From: Bugula neritina
Lineage: Eukaryota; Animalia; Bryozoa
Direction of reading: 5' to 3'
Assembly (NCBI GenBank): GCA_964035545.1
Contig: CAXIUT010000134.1
Location: 1-64,000, forward strand
Length of the DNA stretch: 64,000 bases
Shown: piece by piece, positions 18,001 through 36,000 of the stretch
How positions within the stretch are numbered: the stretch's first letter is position 1
How the letters are laid out: the number at the start of each line of letters is the position of its first letter
The notes under the pieces: generated by a model
Database searches by the model: none
What the model saw: the letters and a program-made list of their open reading frames with translations, nothing else
What the model was told of the DNA's origin: nothing
Translations under genes and position numbers: made by a program

Positions 18001-21000
18001 AGTATTAGAATATATAGTATCATAGTATTAGAATATATAGTATCATACTATTAGAATATATAGTATCATAGTATTAGAGTATATAGTATCATAGTATTAG
18101 AATATATAGTATCATAGTATTAGAATATATAGTATCATAGTATTAGTATATGTAGTATCATACTATTAGAATATATAGTATCATAGTATTAGAGTATATA
18201 GTATCATAGTATTAGAATATATAGTATCATAGTATTAAAATATATAGTATCATAGTATTAGAATATATAGTATCATAGTATTAGAATATATAGTATCATA
18301 CTATTAGAATATATAGTATCATAGTATTAGAGTATATAGTATCATAGTATTAGAATATATAGTATCATAGTATTAGAATATATAGTATCATAGTATTAGT
18401 ATATATAGTATCATAGTATTAGAATATAGAGTATCATAGTATTAGAATATATAGTATCATAGTATTAGAATATATAGTATCATAGTATTAGAATATATAG
18501 TATCATAGTATTAGAATATATAGTATCATACTATTAGAATATATAGTATCATAGTATTAGAGTATATAGTATCATAGTATTAGAATATATAGTCATAGTA
18601 TTAGAATATATAGTATCATAGTATTAGAATATATAGTATCATAGTATTAGAGTATATAGTATCATAGTATTAGAATATATAGTATCATAGTATTAGAATA
18701 TATAGCATCATTGTATTAGAATATATAGTATCATAGTATTAGAATATATAGTATCATACTATTAGAATATATAGTATCATAGTATTAGAGTATATAGTAT
18801 CATAGTATTAGAATATATAGTATCATAGTATTAGAATATATAGTATCATAGTATTAGAATATATAGTATCATAGTATTAGGATATATAGTATCATACTAT
18901 TAGAATATATAGTATCATAGTATTAGAGTATATAGTATCATAGTATTAGAATATATAGTATCATAGTATTAGAGTATATAGTATCATAGTATTAGAATAT
19001 ATAGTATCATAGTATTAGAATATATAGTATCATAGTATTAGAGTATATAGTATCATAGTATTAGAATATATAGTACCATAGTATTAGAATATATAGTATC
19101 ATAGTATTAGAATATATAGTATCATAGTATTAGAATATATAGTATCATAGTATTAGAGTATATAGTATCATAGTATTAGAATATATAGTATCATAGTATT
19201 AGAATATATAGTATCATAGTATTAGAATATATAGTATCATAGTATTAGAATATATAGTATCATAGTATTAGAATATAGAGTATCATAGTATTAGAGTATA
19301 TAGTATCATAGTATTAGAGTATATAGTATCATAGTATTAGAATATATAGTATCATAGTATTAGAATATATAGTATCATAGTATTAGAATATATAGTATCA
19401 TAGTATTAGAGTATATAGTATCATAGTATTAGAATATATAGTATCATAGTATTAGAATATATAGTATCATAGTATTAGAATATATAGTATCATAGTATTA
19501 GAATATATAGTATCATACTATTAGAATATATAGTATCATAGTATTAGAGTATATAGTATCATAGTATTAGATTATATAGTATCATAGTATTAGAATATAT
19601 AGTATCATAGTATTAGAATATATAGTATCATAGTATTAGAATATATAGTATCATACTATTAGAATATATAGTATCATAGTATTAGAGTATATAGTATCAT
19701 AGTATTAGAAGATATAGTATCATAGTATTAGAGTATATAGTATCATAGTATTAGAATATATAGTATCATAGTATTAGAATATATAGTATCATAGTATTAG
19801 AATATATAGTATCATAGTATTAGAATATATAGTATCATACTATTAGAATATATAGTATCATAGTATTAGAGTATATAGTATCATAGTATTAGAATATATA
19901 GTATCATAGTATTAGAATATATAGTATCATAGTATTAGAATATATAGTATCATAGTATTAGAATATATAGTATCATACTATTAGAATATATAGTATCATA
20001 GTATTAGAGTATATAGTATCATAGTATTAGAATATATAGTATCATAGTATTAGAATATATAGTATCATAGTATTAGAGTATATAGTATCATAGTATTAGA
20101 ATATATAGTATCATAGTATTAGAATATATAGTATCATAGTATTAGAATATATAGTATCATAGTATTAGAGTATATAGTATCATAGTATTAGAATATATAG
20201 TATCATAGTATTAGAATATATAGTATCATAGTATTAGAATATATAGTATCATAGTATTAGAATATATAGTATCATAGTATTAGAATATATAGTATCATAC
20301 TATTAGAATATATAGTATCATAGTATTAGAGTATATAGTATCATAGTATTAGAATATATAGTATCATAGTATTAGAGTATATAGTATCATAGTATTAGAA
20401 TATATAGTATCATAGTATTAGAATATATAGTATCATAGTATTAGAATATATAGTATCATAGTATTAGAATATATAGTATCATACTATTAGAATATATAGT
20501 ATCATAGTATTAGAGTATATAGTATCATAGTATTAGAATATATAGTATCATAGTATTAGAATATATAGTATCATAGTATTAGAGTATATAGTATCATAGT
20601 ATTAGAATATATAGTATCATAGTATTAGAATATATAGTATCATAGTATTAGAGTATATAGTATCATAGTATTAGAATATATAGTATCATAGTATTAGAAT
20701 ATATAGTATCATACTATTAGAATATATAGTATCATAGTATTAGAGTATATAGTATCATAGTATTAGAATATATAGTATCATAGTATTAGAATATATAGTA
20801 TCATAGTATTAGAATATATAGTATCATAGTATTAGAATATATAGTATCATACTATTAGAATATATAGTATCATAGTATTAGAGTATATAGTATCATAGTA
20901 TTAGAATATATAGTATCATAGTATTAGAATATATAGTATCATAGTATTAGAGTATATAGTATCATAGTATTAGAATATATAGTATCATAGTATTAGAATA

Positions 21001-24000
21001 TATAGTATCATAGTATTAGAATATATAGTATCATAGTATTAGAGTAAATAGTATCATAGTATTAGAATATATAGTATCATAGTATTAGAATATATAGTAT
21101 CATAGTATTAGAATATATAGTATCATAGTATTAGAATATATAGTATCATAGTATTAGAATATAGAGTATCATAGTATTAGAGTATATAGAGTATCATAGT
21201 ATTAGAGTGTATAGAGTATCATAGTATTAGAATATATAGTATCATAGTATTAGAATATTTAGTATCATAGTATTAGAGTATATAGTATCATAGTATTAGA
21301 ATACATAGTATCATAGTATTAGAATATATAGTATCATAGTATTAGAATATAGAGTATCATAGTATTAGAATATATAGTATCATAGTATTAGAATATATAG
21401 TATCATAATATTAGAATATATAGTATCATAGTATTAGAATATAGAGTATCATAGTATTAGAATAATTATATAGTATCATAGTATTAGAGTATATAGTATC
21501 ATAGTATCAGAATATATAGTATCATAGTATTAGGGTATATAGTATCATAGTATTAGAATATATAGTATCATAGTATTAGAATATATAGTATCATAGTATT
21601 AGAGTATATAGTATCATAGTATTAGAATATATAGTATCATAGTATTAGAATATAGAGTATCATAGTATTAGAATAATTATATAGTATCATAGTATTAGAA
21701 TATATAGTATCATAGTATTAGAATATAGAGTATCATAGTATTAGAATATATAGTATCATAGTATTAGAATATATAGTATCATAGTATTAGAATATATAGT
21801 ATCATAGTATTAGTATATATAGTATCATAGTATTAGAATATATAGTATCATAGTATTAGAATATATAGTATCATAGTATTAGAGTATAGAGCATCATAGT
21901 ATCAGAATATATAGTATCTTAGTATTAGAGTATATAGTATCATAGTATTAGAGTATATAGCACCATAGTATTAGAATATATAGTATCATAGTATTAGAAT
22001 ATAGAGTATCATAGTATTAGAATATATAGTATTATAGTATTAGAGTATATAGTATCATAGTATTAGAATATATAGTATCATAGTATTAGAATATATAGTA
22101 TCATAGTATTAGAATATATAGTATCATAGTATTAGAGTATAGAGTATCATAGTATCAGAATATATAGTATCTTAGTATTAGAATATATAGTATCATAGTA
22201 TTAGAGTATATAGTACCATAGTATTAGAATATATAGTATCATAGTATTAGAATATAGAGTATCATAGTATTAGAATATATAGTATTATAGTATTAGAGTA
22301 TATAGTATCATAGTATTAGAATATATAGTATCATAGTATTAGAATATATAGTATCATAGTATTAGAATATAGAGTATCATAGTATTAGAGTACAGAGTAT
22401 CATAGTATTAGAATAATTATATAGTATCATAGTATTAGAATATATAGTATCATAGTATTAGAGTATATAGTATCATAGTATTAGAATATATAGTATCATA
22501 GTATTAGAATATATAGTATCATACTATTAGAATATATAGTATCATAGTATTAGAGTATATAGTATTATAGTATTAGAATATATAGTATCATAGTATTAGA
22601 ATATATAGTATCATAGTATTAGAATATATAGTATCATAGTATTAGAATATATAGTATCATACTATTAGAATATATAGTATCATAGTATTAGAGTATATAG
22701 TATCATAGTATTAGAATATATAGTATCATAGTATTAGAATATATAGTATCATAGTATTAGAATATATAGTATCATACTATTAGAATATATAGTATCATAG
22801 TATTAGAGTATATAGTATCATAGTATTAGAATATATAGTATCATAGTATTAGAATATATAGTATCATAGTATTAGAGTATATAGTATCATAGTATTAGAA
22901 TATATAGTATCATAGTATTAGAATATATAGTATCATAGTATTAGAATATATAGTATCATAGTATTAGAGTATATAGTATCATAGTATTAGAATATATAGT
23001 ATCATAGTATTAGAATATATAGTATCATAGTATTAGAATATATAGTATCATAGTATTAGAATATATAGTATCATAGTATTAGAATATATAGTATCATAGT
23101 ATTAGAATATAGAGTATCATAGTATTAGAGTATATAGAGTATCATAGTATTAGAATATATAGTATCATAGTATTAGAATATATAGTATCATAGTATTAGA
23201 GTATATAGTATCATAGTATTAGAATATATAGTATCATAGTATTAGAATATATAGTATCATAGTATTAGAATATATAGTATCATAGTATTAGAGTATATAG
23301 TATCATAGTAATAGAATATATAGTATCATAGTATTAGAGTATATAGTATCATAGTATTAGAGTATATAGTATCATAGTATTAGAGTATAGAGTATCATAG
23401 TATTAGAATATATAGTATCATAGTATTAGAATATATAGTATCATAGTATTAGAATATAGAGTATCATAGTATTAGAATATATAGTATCATAGTATTAGAA
23501 TATAGAGTATCATAGTATTAGAATATATAGTATCATAGTATTAGAATATATAGTATCATAGTATTAGAGTATATAGTATCATAGTATTAGAGTATATAGT
23601 ATCATAGTATTAGAGTATATAGTATCATAGTATTAGAATATAGAGTATCATAGTATTAGAGTATATAGTACCATAGTATTAGAATATATAGTATCATAGT
23701 ATTAGAATATATAGTATCATAGTATTAGAGTATATAGTATCATAGTATTAGAATATATAGTATCACAGTATTAGAATATATAGTATCATAGTATTAGAAT
23801 ATATAGAGTATCATAGTATTAGAATATATAGTATCATAGTATTAGAGTATATAGTATCATAGTATTAGAGTATATAGTATCATAGTATTAGAATATAGAG
23901 TATCATAGTATTAGAATATATAGTATCATAGTATTAGAATATATAGTATCATAGTGTTAGAGTATATAGTATCATAGTATTAGAATATATAGTATCATAG

Positions 24001-27000
24001 TATTAGAATATATAGTATCATAGTATTAGAATATATAGTATCATAGTATTAGAATATATAGTATCATACTATTAGAATATATAGTATCATAGTATTAGAG
24101 TATATAGTATCATAGTATTAGAATATATAGTATCATAGTATTAGAATATATAGTATCATAGTATTAGAGTATATAGTATCATAGTATTAGAATATATAGT
24201 ATCATAGTATTAGAATATTTAGTATCATAGTATTAGAATATATAGTATCATAGTATTAGAGTATATAGTATCATAGTATTAGAATATATAGTATCATAGT
24301 ATTAGAATATATAGTATCATAGTATTAGAATATATAGTATCATAGTATTAGAATATATAGTATCATACTATTAGAATATATAGTATCATAGTATTAGAGT
24401 ATATAGTATCATAGTATTAGAATATATAGTATCATAGTATTAGAGTATATAGTATCATAGTATTAGAGTATATAGTATCATAGTATTAGAGTATATAGTA
24501 TCATAGTATTAGAATATATAGTATCATAGTATTAGAGTATATAGTATCATAGTATTAGAATATATAGTACCATAGTATTAGTATATATAGTATCATAGTA
24601 TTAGAATATATAGTATCATAGTATTAGAATATATAGTATCATAGTATTAGAATATATAGTATCATACTATTAGAATATATAGTATCATAGTATTAGAGTA
24701 TATAGTATCATAGTATTAGAATATATAGTATCATAGTATTAGAATATATAGTATCATAGTATTAGAGTATATAGTATCATAGTATTAGAATATATAGTAT
24801 CATAGTATTAGAATATATAGTATCATAGTATTAGAATATATAGTATCATAGTATTAGAGTATATAGTATCATAGTATTAGAATATATAGTATCATAGTAT
24901 TAGAATATATTGTATCATAGTATTAGAATATATAGTATCATAGTATTAGGATATATAGTATCATACTATTAGAATATATAGTATCATAGTATTAGAGTAT
25001 ATAGTATCATAGTATTAGAATATATAGTATCATAGTATTAGAGTATATAGTATCATAGTATTAGAGTATATAGTATCATAGTATTAGAGTATATAGTATC
25101 ATAGTATTAGAATATATAGTATCATAGTATTAGAATATATAGAGTATCATAGTATTAGAATATATAGTATCATAGTATTAGAATATATAGTATCATAGTA
25201 TTAGAATATATAGTATCATAGTATTAGAATATATAGTATCATAGTATTAGAATATATAGTATCATAGTATTAGAATATATAGTATCATACTATTATAATA
25301 TATAGTATCATAGTATTAGAGTATATAGTATCATAGTATTAGAATATATAGTATCATAGTATTAGAGTATATAGTATCATAGTATTAGAGTATATAGTAT
25401 CATAGTATTAGAGTATATAGTATCATAGTATTAGAATATATAGTATCATAGTATTAGAGTATATAGTATCATAGTATTAGAATATATAGTACCATAGTAT
25501 TAGTATATATAGTATCATAGTATTAGAATATATAGTATCATAGTATTAGAATATATAGTATCATAGTATTAGAATATATAGAGTATCATAGTATTAGAAT
25601 ATAGAGTATCATAGTATTAGAATATATAGTATCATAGTATTAGAATATATAGAGTATCATAGTATTAGAATATATAGAGTATCATAGTATTAGAATATAT
25701 AGTATCATAGTATTAGAATATATAGTATCATAGTATTAGAGTATATAGTATCATAGTATTAGAGTATATAGTATCATAGTATTAGAGTATATATTATCAT
25801 GGTATTAGAGTATATAGTATCATAGTATTAGAGTATATAGTATCATAGTATTAGAATATATAGTATCATAGTATTAGAATATATAGTATCATAGTATTAG
25901 AGTATATAGTATCATAGTATTAGAATATATAGTATCACAGTATTAGAATATATAGTATCATAGTATTAGAATATATAGTATCATAGTATTAGAATATATA
26001 GAGTATCATAGTATTAGAATATGTAGAGTATCATAGTATTAGAATATATAGTATCATAGTATTAGAGTATATAGTATCATAGTATTAGAGTATATAGTAT
26101 TATAGTATTAGAATATAGAGTATCATAGTATTAGAATATATAGTATCATAGTATTAGAATATATAGTATCATAGTATTAGAGTATATAGTATCATAGTAT
26201 TAGAATATATAGTATCATAGTATTAGAATATATAGTATCATAGTATTAGAATATATAGTATCATAGTATTAGAATATATAGTATCATACTATTAGAATAT
26301 ATAGTATCATAGTATTAGAGTATATAGTATCATAGTATTAGAATATATAGTATCATAGTATTAGAATATATAGTATCATAGTATTAGAGTATATAGTATC
26401 ATAGTATTAGAATATATAGTATCATAGTATTAGAATATATAGTATCATAGTATTAGAATATATAGTATCATAGTATTAAAGTATATAGTATCATAGTATT
26501 AGAATATATAGTATCATAGTATTAGAATATATAGTATCATAGTATTGGAATATATAGTATCATAGTATTAGAATATATAGTATCATACTATTAGAATATA
26601 TAGTATCATGGTATTAGAGTATATAGTATCATAGTATTAGAATATATAGTATCATAGTATTAGAGTATATAGTATCATAGTATTAGAGTATATAGTATCA
26701 TAGTATTAGAGTATATAGTATCATAGTATTAGAATATATAGTATCATAGTATTAGAGTATATAGTATCATAGTATTAGAATATATAGTACCATAGTATTA
26801 GTATATATAGTATCATAGTATTAGAATATATAGTATCATAGTATTAGAATATATAGTATCATAGTATTAGAATATATAGTATCATACTATTAGAATATAT
26901 AGTATCATAGTATTAGAGTATATAGTATCATAGTATTAGAATATATAGTATCATAGTATTAGAATATATAGTATCATAGTATTAGAGTATATAGTATCAT

Positions 27001-30000
27001 AGTATTAAAATATATAGTATCATAGTATTAGAATATATAGTATCATAGTATTAGAATATATAGTATCATAGTATTAGAGTATATAGTATCATAGTATTAG
27101 AATATATAGTATCATAGTATTAGAATATATAGTATCATAGTATTAGAATATATAGTATCATAGTATTAGAATATATAGTATCATACTATTAGAATATATA
27201 GTATCATAGTATTAGAGTATATAGTATCATAGTATTAGAATATATAGTATCATAGTATTAGAGTATATAGTATCATAGTATTAGAGTATATAGTATCATA
27301 GTATTAGAGTATATAGTATCATAGTATTAGAATATATAGTATCATAGTATTAGAATATATAGAGTATCATAGTATTAGAATATATAGTATCATAGTATTA
27401 GAATATATAGTATCATAGTATTAGAATATATAGTATCATAGTATTAGAATATATAGTATCATAGTATTAGAATATATAGTATCATAGTATTAGAATATAT
27501 AGTATCATACTATTAGAATATATAGTATCATAGTATTAGAGTATATAGTATCATAGTATTAGAATATATAGTATCATAGTATTAGAGTATATAGTATCAT
27601 AGTATTAGAGTATATAGTATCATAGTATTAGAGTATATAGTATCATAGTATTAGAATATATAGTATCATAGTATTAGAGTATATAGTATCATAGTATTAG
27701 AATATATAGTACCATAGTATTAGTATATATAGTATCATAGTATTAGAATATATAGTATCATAGTGTTAGAATATATAGTATCATAGTATTAGAATATATA
27801 GAGTATCATAGTATTAGAATATAGAGTATCATAGTATTAGAATATATAGTATCATAGTATTAGAATATATAGAGTATCATAGTATTAGAATATATAGAGT
27901 ATCATAGTATTAGAATATATAGTATCATAGTATTAGAATATATAGTATCATAGTATTAGAGTATATAGTATCATAGTATTAGAGTATATAGTATCATAGT
28001 ATTAGAGTATATATTATCATGGTATTAGAGTATATAGTATCATAGTATTAGAGTATATAGTATCATAGTATTAGAGTATAGAGTATCATAGTATTAGAGT
28101 ATAGAGTATCATAGTATTAGAATATATAGTATCATAGTATTAGAGTATATAGTATAATAGTATTAGAGTATATAGTATCATAGTATTAGAATATATAGTA
28201 TCATAGTATTAGAATATATAGTATCATAGTATTAGAATATATGGTATCATAGTATTACAATATATAGTATCAAAGTATTCGAATATATAGTATCATAGTA
28301 TTAGAGTATATAGTATCATAGTATTAGAATATATAGTATCATAGTATTAGAATATATAGTATCATAGTATTAGAATATATAGTATCATAGTATTAGAGTA
28401 TATAGTATCATAGTATTAGAGTATATAGTATCATAGTATTAGAATATATAGTATCATAGTATTAGAGTATATAGTATCATAGTATTAGAATATATAGTAT
28501 CATAGTATTAGAATATAGAGTATCATAGTATTAGAATATATAGTATCATAGTACTAGAATATAGAGTATCATAGTATTAGAATATATAGTATCATAGTAT
28601 TAGAGTATATAGTATCATAGTATTAGAATATATAGTATCATAGTATTAGAGTATATAGTATCATAGTAATAGAGTATATAGTATCATAGTATTAGAATAT
28701 ATAGTATCATAGTATTAGAGTATATAGTATCATAGTATTAGAATATAGAGTATCATAGTATTAGAGTATATAGTATCATAGCATTAGAGTATATAGGGTC
28801 ATAGTATTAGAGTATAGAGTATCATAGTATTAGAGTATATAGTATCATAGTATTAGAATATATAGTATCATAGTATTAGAATATATAGTATCATAGTATT
28901 AGAATATATAGTATCATAGTATTAGAATATATAGTATCATAGTATTAGAATATATAGTATCATAGTATTAGAATATAGAGTATCATAGTATTAGAGTATA
29001 TAGTATCATAGTATTAGAATATATAGTATCATAGTATTAGAATATATAGTATCATAGTATTAGAGTATATAGTATCATAGTATTAGAATATATAGTATCA
29101 TAGTATTAGAACATATAGTATCATAGTATTAGAGTATATAGTATCATAGTATTAGAGTATATAGTATCATAGTATTAGAATATATAGTATCATAGTATTA
29201 GAGTATATAGTATCATAGTATTAGAGTATATAGTATCATAGTATTAGAGTATAGAGTTTCATAGTATTAGAATATATAGTATCATAGTATTAGAATATAT
29301 AGTATCATAGTATTAGAGTATATAGTATCATAGTATTAGAATATAGAGTATCATAGTATTAGAATATATAGTATCATAGTATTAGAATATATAGTATCAT
29401 AATATTAGAATATATAGTATCATAGTATTAGAATATAGAGTATCATAGTATTAGAATAATTATATAGTATCATAGTATTAGAATATATAGTATCATAGTA
29501 TTAGAATATATAGTATCATACTATTATAATATATAGTATCATAGTATTAGAGTATATAGTATCATAGTATTAGAATATATAGTATCATAGTATTAGAGTA
29601 TATAGTATCATAGTATTAGAGTATATAGTATCATAGTATTAGAGTATATAGTATCATAGTATTAGAATATATAGTATCATAGTATTAGAGTATATAGTAT
29701 CATAGTATTAGAATATATAGTACCATAGTATTAGTATATATAGTATCATAGTATTAGAATATATAGTATCATAGTATTAGAATATATAGTATCATAGTAT
29801 TAGAATATATAGAGTATCATAGTATTAGAATATAGAGTATCATAGTATTAGAATATATAGTATCATAGTATTAGAATATATAGAGTATCATAGTATTAGA
29901 ATATATAGAGTATCATAGTATTAGAATATATAGTATCATAGTATTAGAATATATAGTATCATAGTATTAGAGTATATAGTATCATAGTATTAGAGTATAT

Positions 30001-33000
30001 AGTATCATAGTATTAGAGTATATATTATCATGGTATTAGAGTATATAGTATCATAGTATTAGAGTATATAGTATCATAGTATTAGAATATATAGTATCAT
30101 AGTATTAGAATATATAGTATCATAGTATTAGAGTATATAGTATCATAGTATTAGAATATATAGTATCACAGTATTAGAATATATAGTATCATAGTATTAG
30201 AATATATAGTATCATAGTATTAGAATATATAGAGTATCATAGTATTAGAATATGTAGAGTATCATAGTATTAGAATATATAGTATCATAGTATTAGAGTA
30301 TATAGTATCATAGTATTAGAGTATATAGTATTATAGTATTAGAATATAGAGTATCATAGTATTAGAATATATAGTATCATAGTATTAGAATATATAGTAT
30401 CATAGTATTAGAGTATATAGTATCATAGTATTAGAATATATAGTATCATAGTATTAGAATATATAGTATCATAGTATTAGAATATATAGTATCATAGTAT
30501 TAGAATATATAGTATCATACTATTAGAATATATAGTATCATAGTATTAGAGTATATAGTATCATAGTATTAGAATATATAGTATCATAGTATTAGAATAT
30601 ATAGTATCATAGTATTAGAGTATATAGTATCATAGTATTAGAATATATAGTATCATAGTATTAGAATATATAGTATCATAGTATTAGAATATATAGTATC
30701 ATAGTATTAAAGTATATAGTATCATAGTATTAGAATATATAGTATCATAGTATTAGAATATATAGTATCATAGTATTAGAATATATAGTATCATAGTATT
30801 AGAATATATAGTATCATACTATTAGAATATATAGTATCATGGTATTAGAGTATATAGTATCATAGTATTAGAATATATAGTATCATAGTATTAGAGTATA
30901 TAGTATCATAGTATTAGAGTATATAGTATCATAGTATTAGAGTATATAGTATCATAGTATTAGAATATATAGTATCATAGTATTAGAGTATATAGTATCA
31001 TAGTATTAGAATATATAGTACCATAGTATTAGTATATATAGTATCATAGTATTAGAATATATAGTATCATAGTATTAGAATATATAGTATCATAGTATTA
31101 GAATATATAGTATCATACTATTAGAATATATAGTATCATAGTATTAGAGTATATAGTATCATAGTATTAGAATATATAGTATCATAGTATTAGAATATAT
31201 AGTATCATAGTATTAGAGTATATAGTATCATAGTATTAAAATATATAGTATCATAGTATTAGAATATATAGTATCATAGTATTAGAATATATAGTATCAT
31301 AGTATTAGAGTATATAGTATCATAGTATTAGAATATATAGTATCATAGTATTAGAATATATAGTATCATAGTATTAGAATATATAGTATCATAGTATTAG
31401 AATATATAGTATCATACTATTAGAATATATAGTATCATAGTATTAGAGTATATAGTATCATAGTATTAGAATATATAGTATCATAGTATTAGAGTATATA
31501 GTATCATAGTATTAGAGTATATAGTATCATAGTATTAGAGTATATAGTATCATAGTATTAGAATATATAGTATCATAGTATTAGAATATATAGAGTATCA
31601 TAGTATTAGAATATATAGTATCATAGTATTAGAATATATAGTATCATAGTATTAGAATATATAGTATCATAGTATTAGAATATATAGTATCATAGTATTA
31701 GAATATATAGTATCATAGTATTAGAATATATAGTATCATACTATTAGAATATATAGTATCATAGTATTAGAGTATATAGTATCATAGTATTAGAATATAT
31801 AGTATCATAGTATTAGAGTATATAGTATCATAGTATTAGAGTATATAGTATCATAGTATTAGAGTATATAGTATCATAGTATTAGAATATATAGTATCAT
31901 AGTATTAGAGTATATAGTATCATAGTATTAGAATATATAGTACCATAGTATTAGTATATATAGTATCATAGTATTAGAATATATAGTATCATAGTGTTAG
32001 AATATATAGTATCATAGTATTAGAATATATAGAGTATCATAGTATTAGAATATAGAGTATCATAGTATTAGAATATATAGTATCATAGTATTAGAATATA
32101 TAGAGTATCATAGTATTAGAATATATAGAGTATCATAGTATTAGAATATATAGTATCATAGTATTAGAATATATAGTATCATAGTATTAGAGTATATAGT
32201 ATCATAGTATTAGAGTATATAGTATCATAGTATTAGAGTATATATTATCATGGTATTAGAGTATATAGTATCATAGTATTAGAGTATATAGTATCATAGT
32301 ATTAGAGTATAGAGTATCATAGTATTAGAGTATAGAGTATCATAGTATTAGAATATATAGTATCATAGTATTAGAGTATATAGTATAATAGTATTAGAGT
32401 ATATAGTATCATAGTATTAGAATATATAGTATCATAGTATTAGAATATATAGTATCATAGTATTAGAATATATGGTATCATAGTATTACAATATATAGTA
32501 TCAAAGTATTCGAATATATAGTATCATAGTATTAGAGTATATAGTATCATAGTATTAGAATATATAGTATCATAGTATTAGAATATATAGTATCATAGTA
32601 TTAGAATATATAGTATCATAGTATTAGAGTATATAGTATCATAGTATTAGAGTATATAGTATCATAGTATTAGAATATATAGTATCATAGTATTAGAGTA
32701 TATAGTATCATAGTATTAGAATATATAGTATCATAGTATTAGAATATAGAGTATCATAGTATTAGAATATATAGTATCATAGTACTAGAATATAGAGTAT
32801 CATAGTATTAGAATATATAGTATCATAGTATTAGAGTATATAGTATCATAGTATTAGAATATATAGTATCATAGTATTAGAGTATATAGTATCATAGTAA
32901 TAGAGTATATAGTATCATAGTATTAGAATATATAGTATCATAGTATTAGAGTATATAGTATCATAGTATTAGAATATAGAGTATCATAGTATTAGAGTAT

Positions 33001-36000
33001 ATAGTATCATAGCATTAGAGTATATAGGGTCATAGTATTAGAGTATAGAGTATCATAGTATTAGAGTATATAGTATCATAGTATTAGAATATATAGTATC
33101 ATAGTATTAGAATATATAGTATCATAGTATTAGAATATATAGTATCATAGTATTAGAATATATAGTATCATAGTATTAGAATATATAGTATCATAGTATT
33201 AGAATATAGAGTATCATAGTATTAGAGTATATAGTATCATAGTATTAGAATATATAGTATCATAGTATTAGAATATATAGTATCATAGTATTAGAGTATA
33301 TAGTATCATAGTATTAGAATATATAGTATCATAGTATTAGAATATATAGTATCATAGTATTAGAGTATATAGTATCATAGTATTAGAGTATATAGTATCA
33401 TAGTATTAGAATATATAGTATCATAGTATTAGAGTATATAGTATCATAGTATTAGAGTATATAGTATCATAGTATTAGAGTATAGAGTTTCATAGTATTA
33501 GAATATATAGTATCATAGTATTAGAATATATAGTATCATAGTATTAGAGTATATAGTATCATAGTATTAGAATATAGAGTATCATAGTATTAGAATATAT
33601 AGTATCATAGTATTAGAATATATAGTATCATAATATTAGAATATATAGTATCATAGTATTAGAATATAGAGTATCATAGTATTAGAATAATTATATAGTA
33701 TCATAGTATTAGAGTATATAGTATCATAGTATTAGAATATATAGTATCATAGTATTAGGGTATATAGTATCATAGTATTAGAATATATAGTATCATAGTA
33801 TTAGAATATATAGTATCATAGTATTAGAGTATATAGTATCATAGTATTAGAATATATAGTATCATAGTATTAGAATATAGAGTATCATAGTATTAGAATA
33901 ATTATATAGTATCATAGTATTAGAATATATAGTATCATAGTATTAGAATATAGAGTATCATAGTATTAGAATATATAGTATCATAGTATTAGAATATATA
34001 GTATCATAGTATTAGAATATATAGTATCATAGTATTAGTATATATAGTATCATAGTATTAGAATATATAGTATCATAGTATTAGAATATATAGTATCATA
34101 GTATTAGAGTATAGAGTATCATAGTATCAGAATATATAGTATCTTAGTATTAGAGTATATAGTATCATAGTATTAGAGTATATAGCACCATAGTATTAGA
34201 ATATATAGTATCATAGTATTAGAATATAGAGTATCATAGTATTAGAATATATAGTATTATAGTATTAGAGTATATAGTATCATAGTATTAGAATATATAG
34301 TATCATAGTATTAGAATATATAGTATCATAGTATTAGAATATATAGTATCATAGTATTAGAGTATAGAGTATCATAGTATCAGAATATATAGTATCTTAG
34401 TATTAGAGTATATAGTATCATAGTATTAGAGTATATAGTACCATAGTATTAGAATATATAGTATCATAGTATTAGAATATAGAGTATCATAGTATTAGAA
34501 TATATAGTATTATAGTATTAGAGTATATAGTATCATAGTATTAGAATATATAGTATCATAGTATTAGAATATATAGTATCATAGTATTAGAATGTAGAGT
34601 ATCATAGTATTAGAGTATAGAGTATCATAGTATTAGAATAATTATATAGTATCATAGTATTAGAATATATAGTATCATAGTATTAGTATATATAGTATCA
34701 TAGTATTAGAATATATAGTATCATAGTATTAGAATATATAGTATCATAGTATTAGAGTATAGAGTATCATAGTATCAGAATATATAGTATCTTAGTATTA
34801 GAGTATATAGTATCATAGTATTAGAGTATATAGTATTATAGTATTAGAATATATAGTACCATAGTATTAGAATATATAGTATCATAGTATTAGAATATAG
34901 AGTATCATAGTATTAGAATATATAGTATCATAGTATTAGAATATAGAGTATCATAGTATTAGAATATAGAGTATGATAGTATTAGAATAATTATATAGTA
35001 TCATAGTATTAGAGTATATAGTATCATAGTATTAGAATATATAGTATCATAGTATTAGAGTATATAGTATCATAGTATTAGAATATATAGTACCATAGTA
35101 TTAGAATATATAGTATCATAGTATTAGAGTATATAGTATCATAGTATTAGAATATATAGTATCATAGTATTAGAGTATATAGTATCATAGTATTAGAGTA
35201 TATAGTATCATAGTATTAGAATCTATAGTATCATAGTATTACAATATAGAGTATCATAGTATTAGAATATATAGTATCATAGTATTAGAATATATAGTAT
35301 CATAGTATTAAAATATATAGTATCATAGTATTAGAGTATATAGTATCATAGTATTAGAATATATAGTATCATAGTATTAGAATATATAGTATCATAGTAT
35401 TAGAATATATAGTATCATAGTATTAGAATATATAGTATCATACTATTAGAATATATAGTATCATAGTATTAGAGTATATAGTATTATAGTATTAGAATAT
35501 ATAGTATCATAGTATTAGAATATATAGTATCATAGTATTAGAATATATAGTATCATAGTATTAGAATATATAGTATCATACTATTAGAATATATAGTATC
35601 ATAGTATTAGAGTATATAGTATCATAGTATTAGAATATATAGTATCATAGTATTAGAATATATAGTATCATAGTATTAGTATATATAGTATCATACTATT
35701 AGAATATATAGTATCATAGTATTAGAGTATATAGTGTCATAGTATTAGAATATATAGTATCATAGTATTAAAATATATAGTATCATAGTATTAGAATTTA
35801 TAGTATCATAGTATTAGAATATATAGTATCATACTATTAGAATATATAGTATCATAGTATTAGAGTATATAGTATCATAGTATTAGAATATATAGTATCA
35901 TAGTATTAGAATATATAGTATCATAGTATTAGTATATATAGTATCATAGTATTAGAATATAGAGTATCATAGTATTAGAATATATAGTATCATAGTATTA

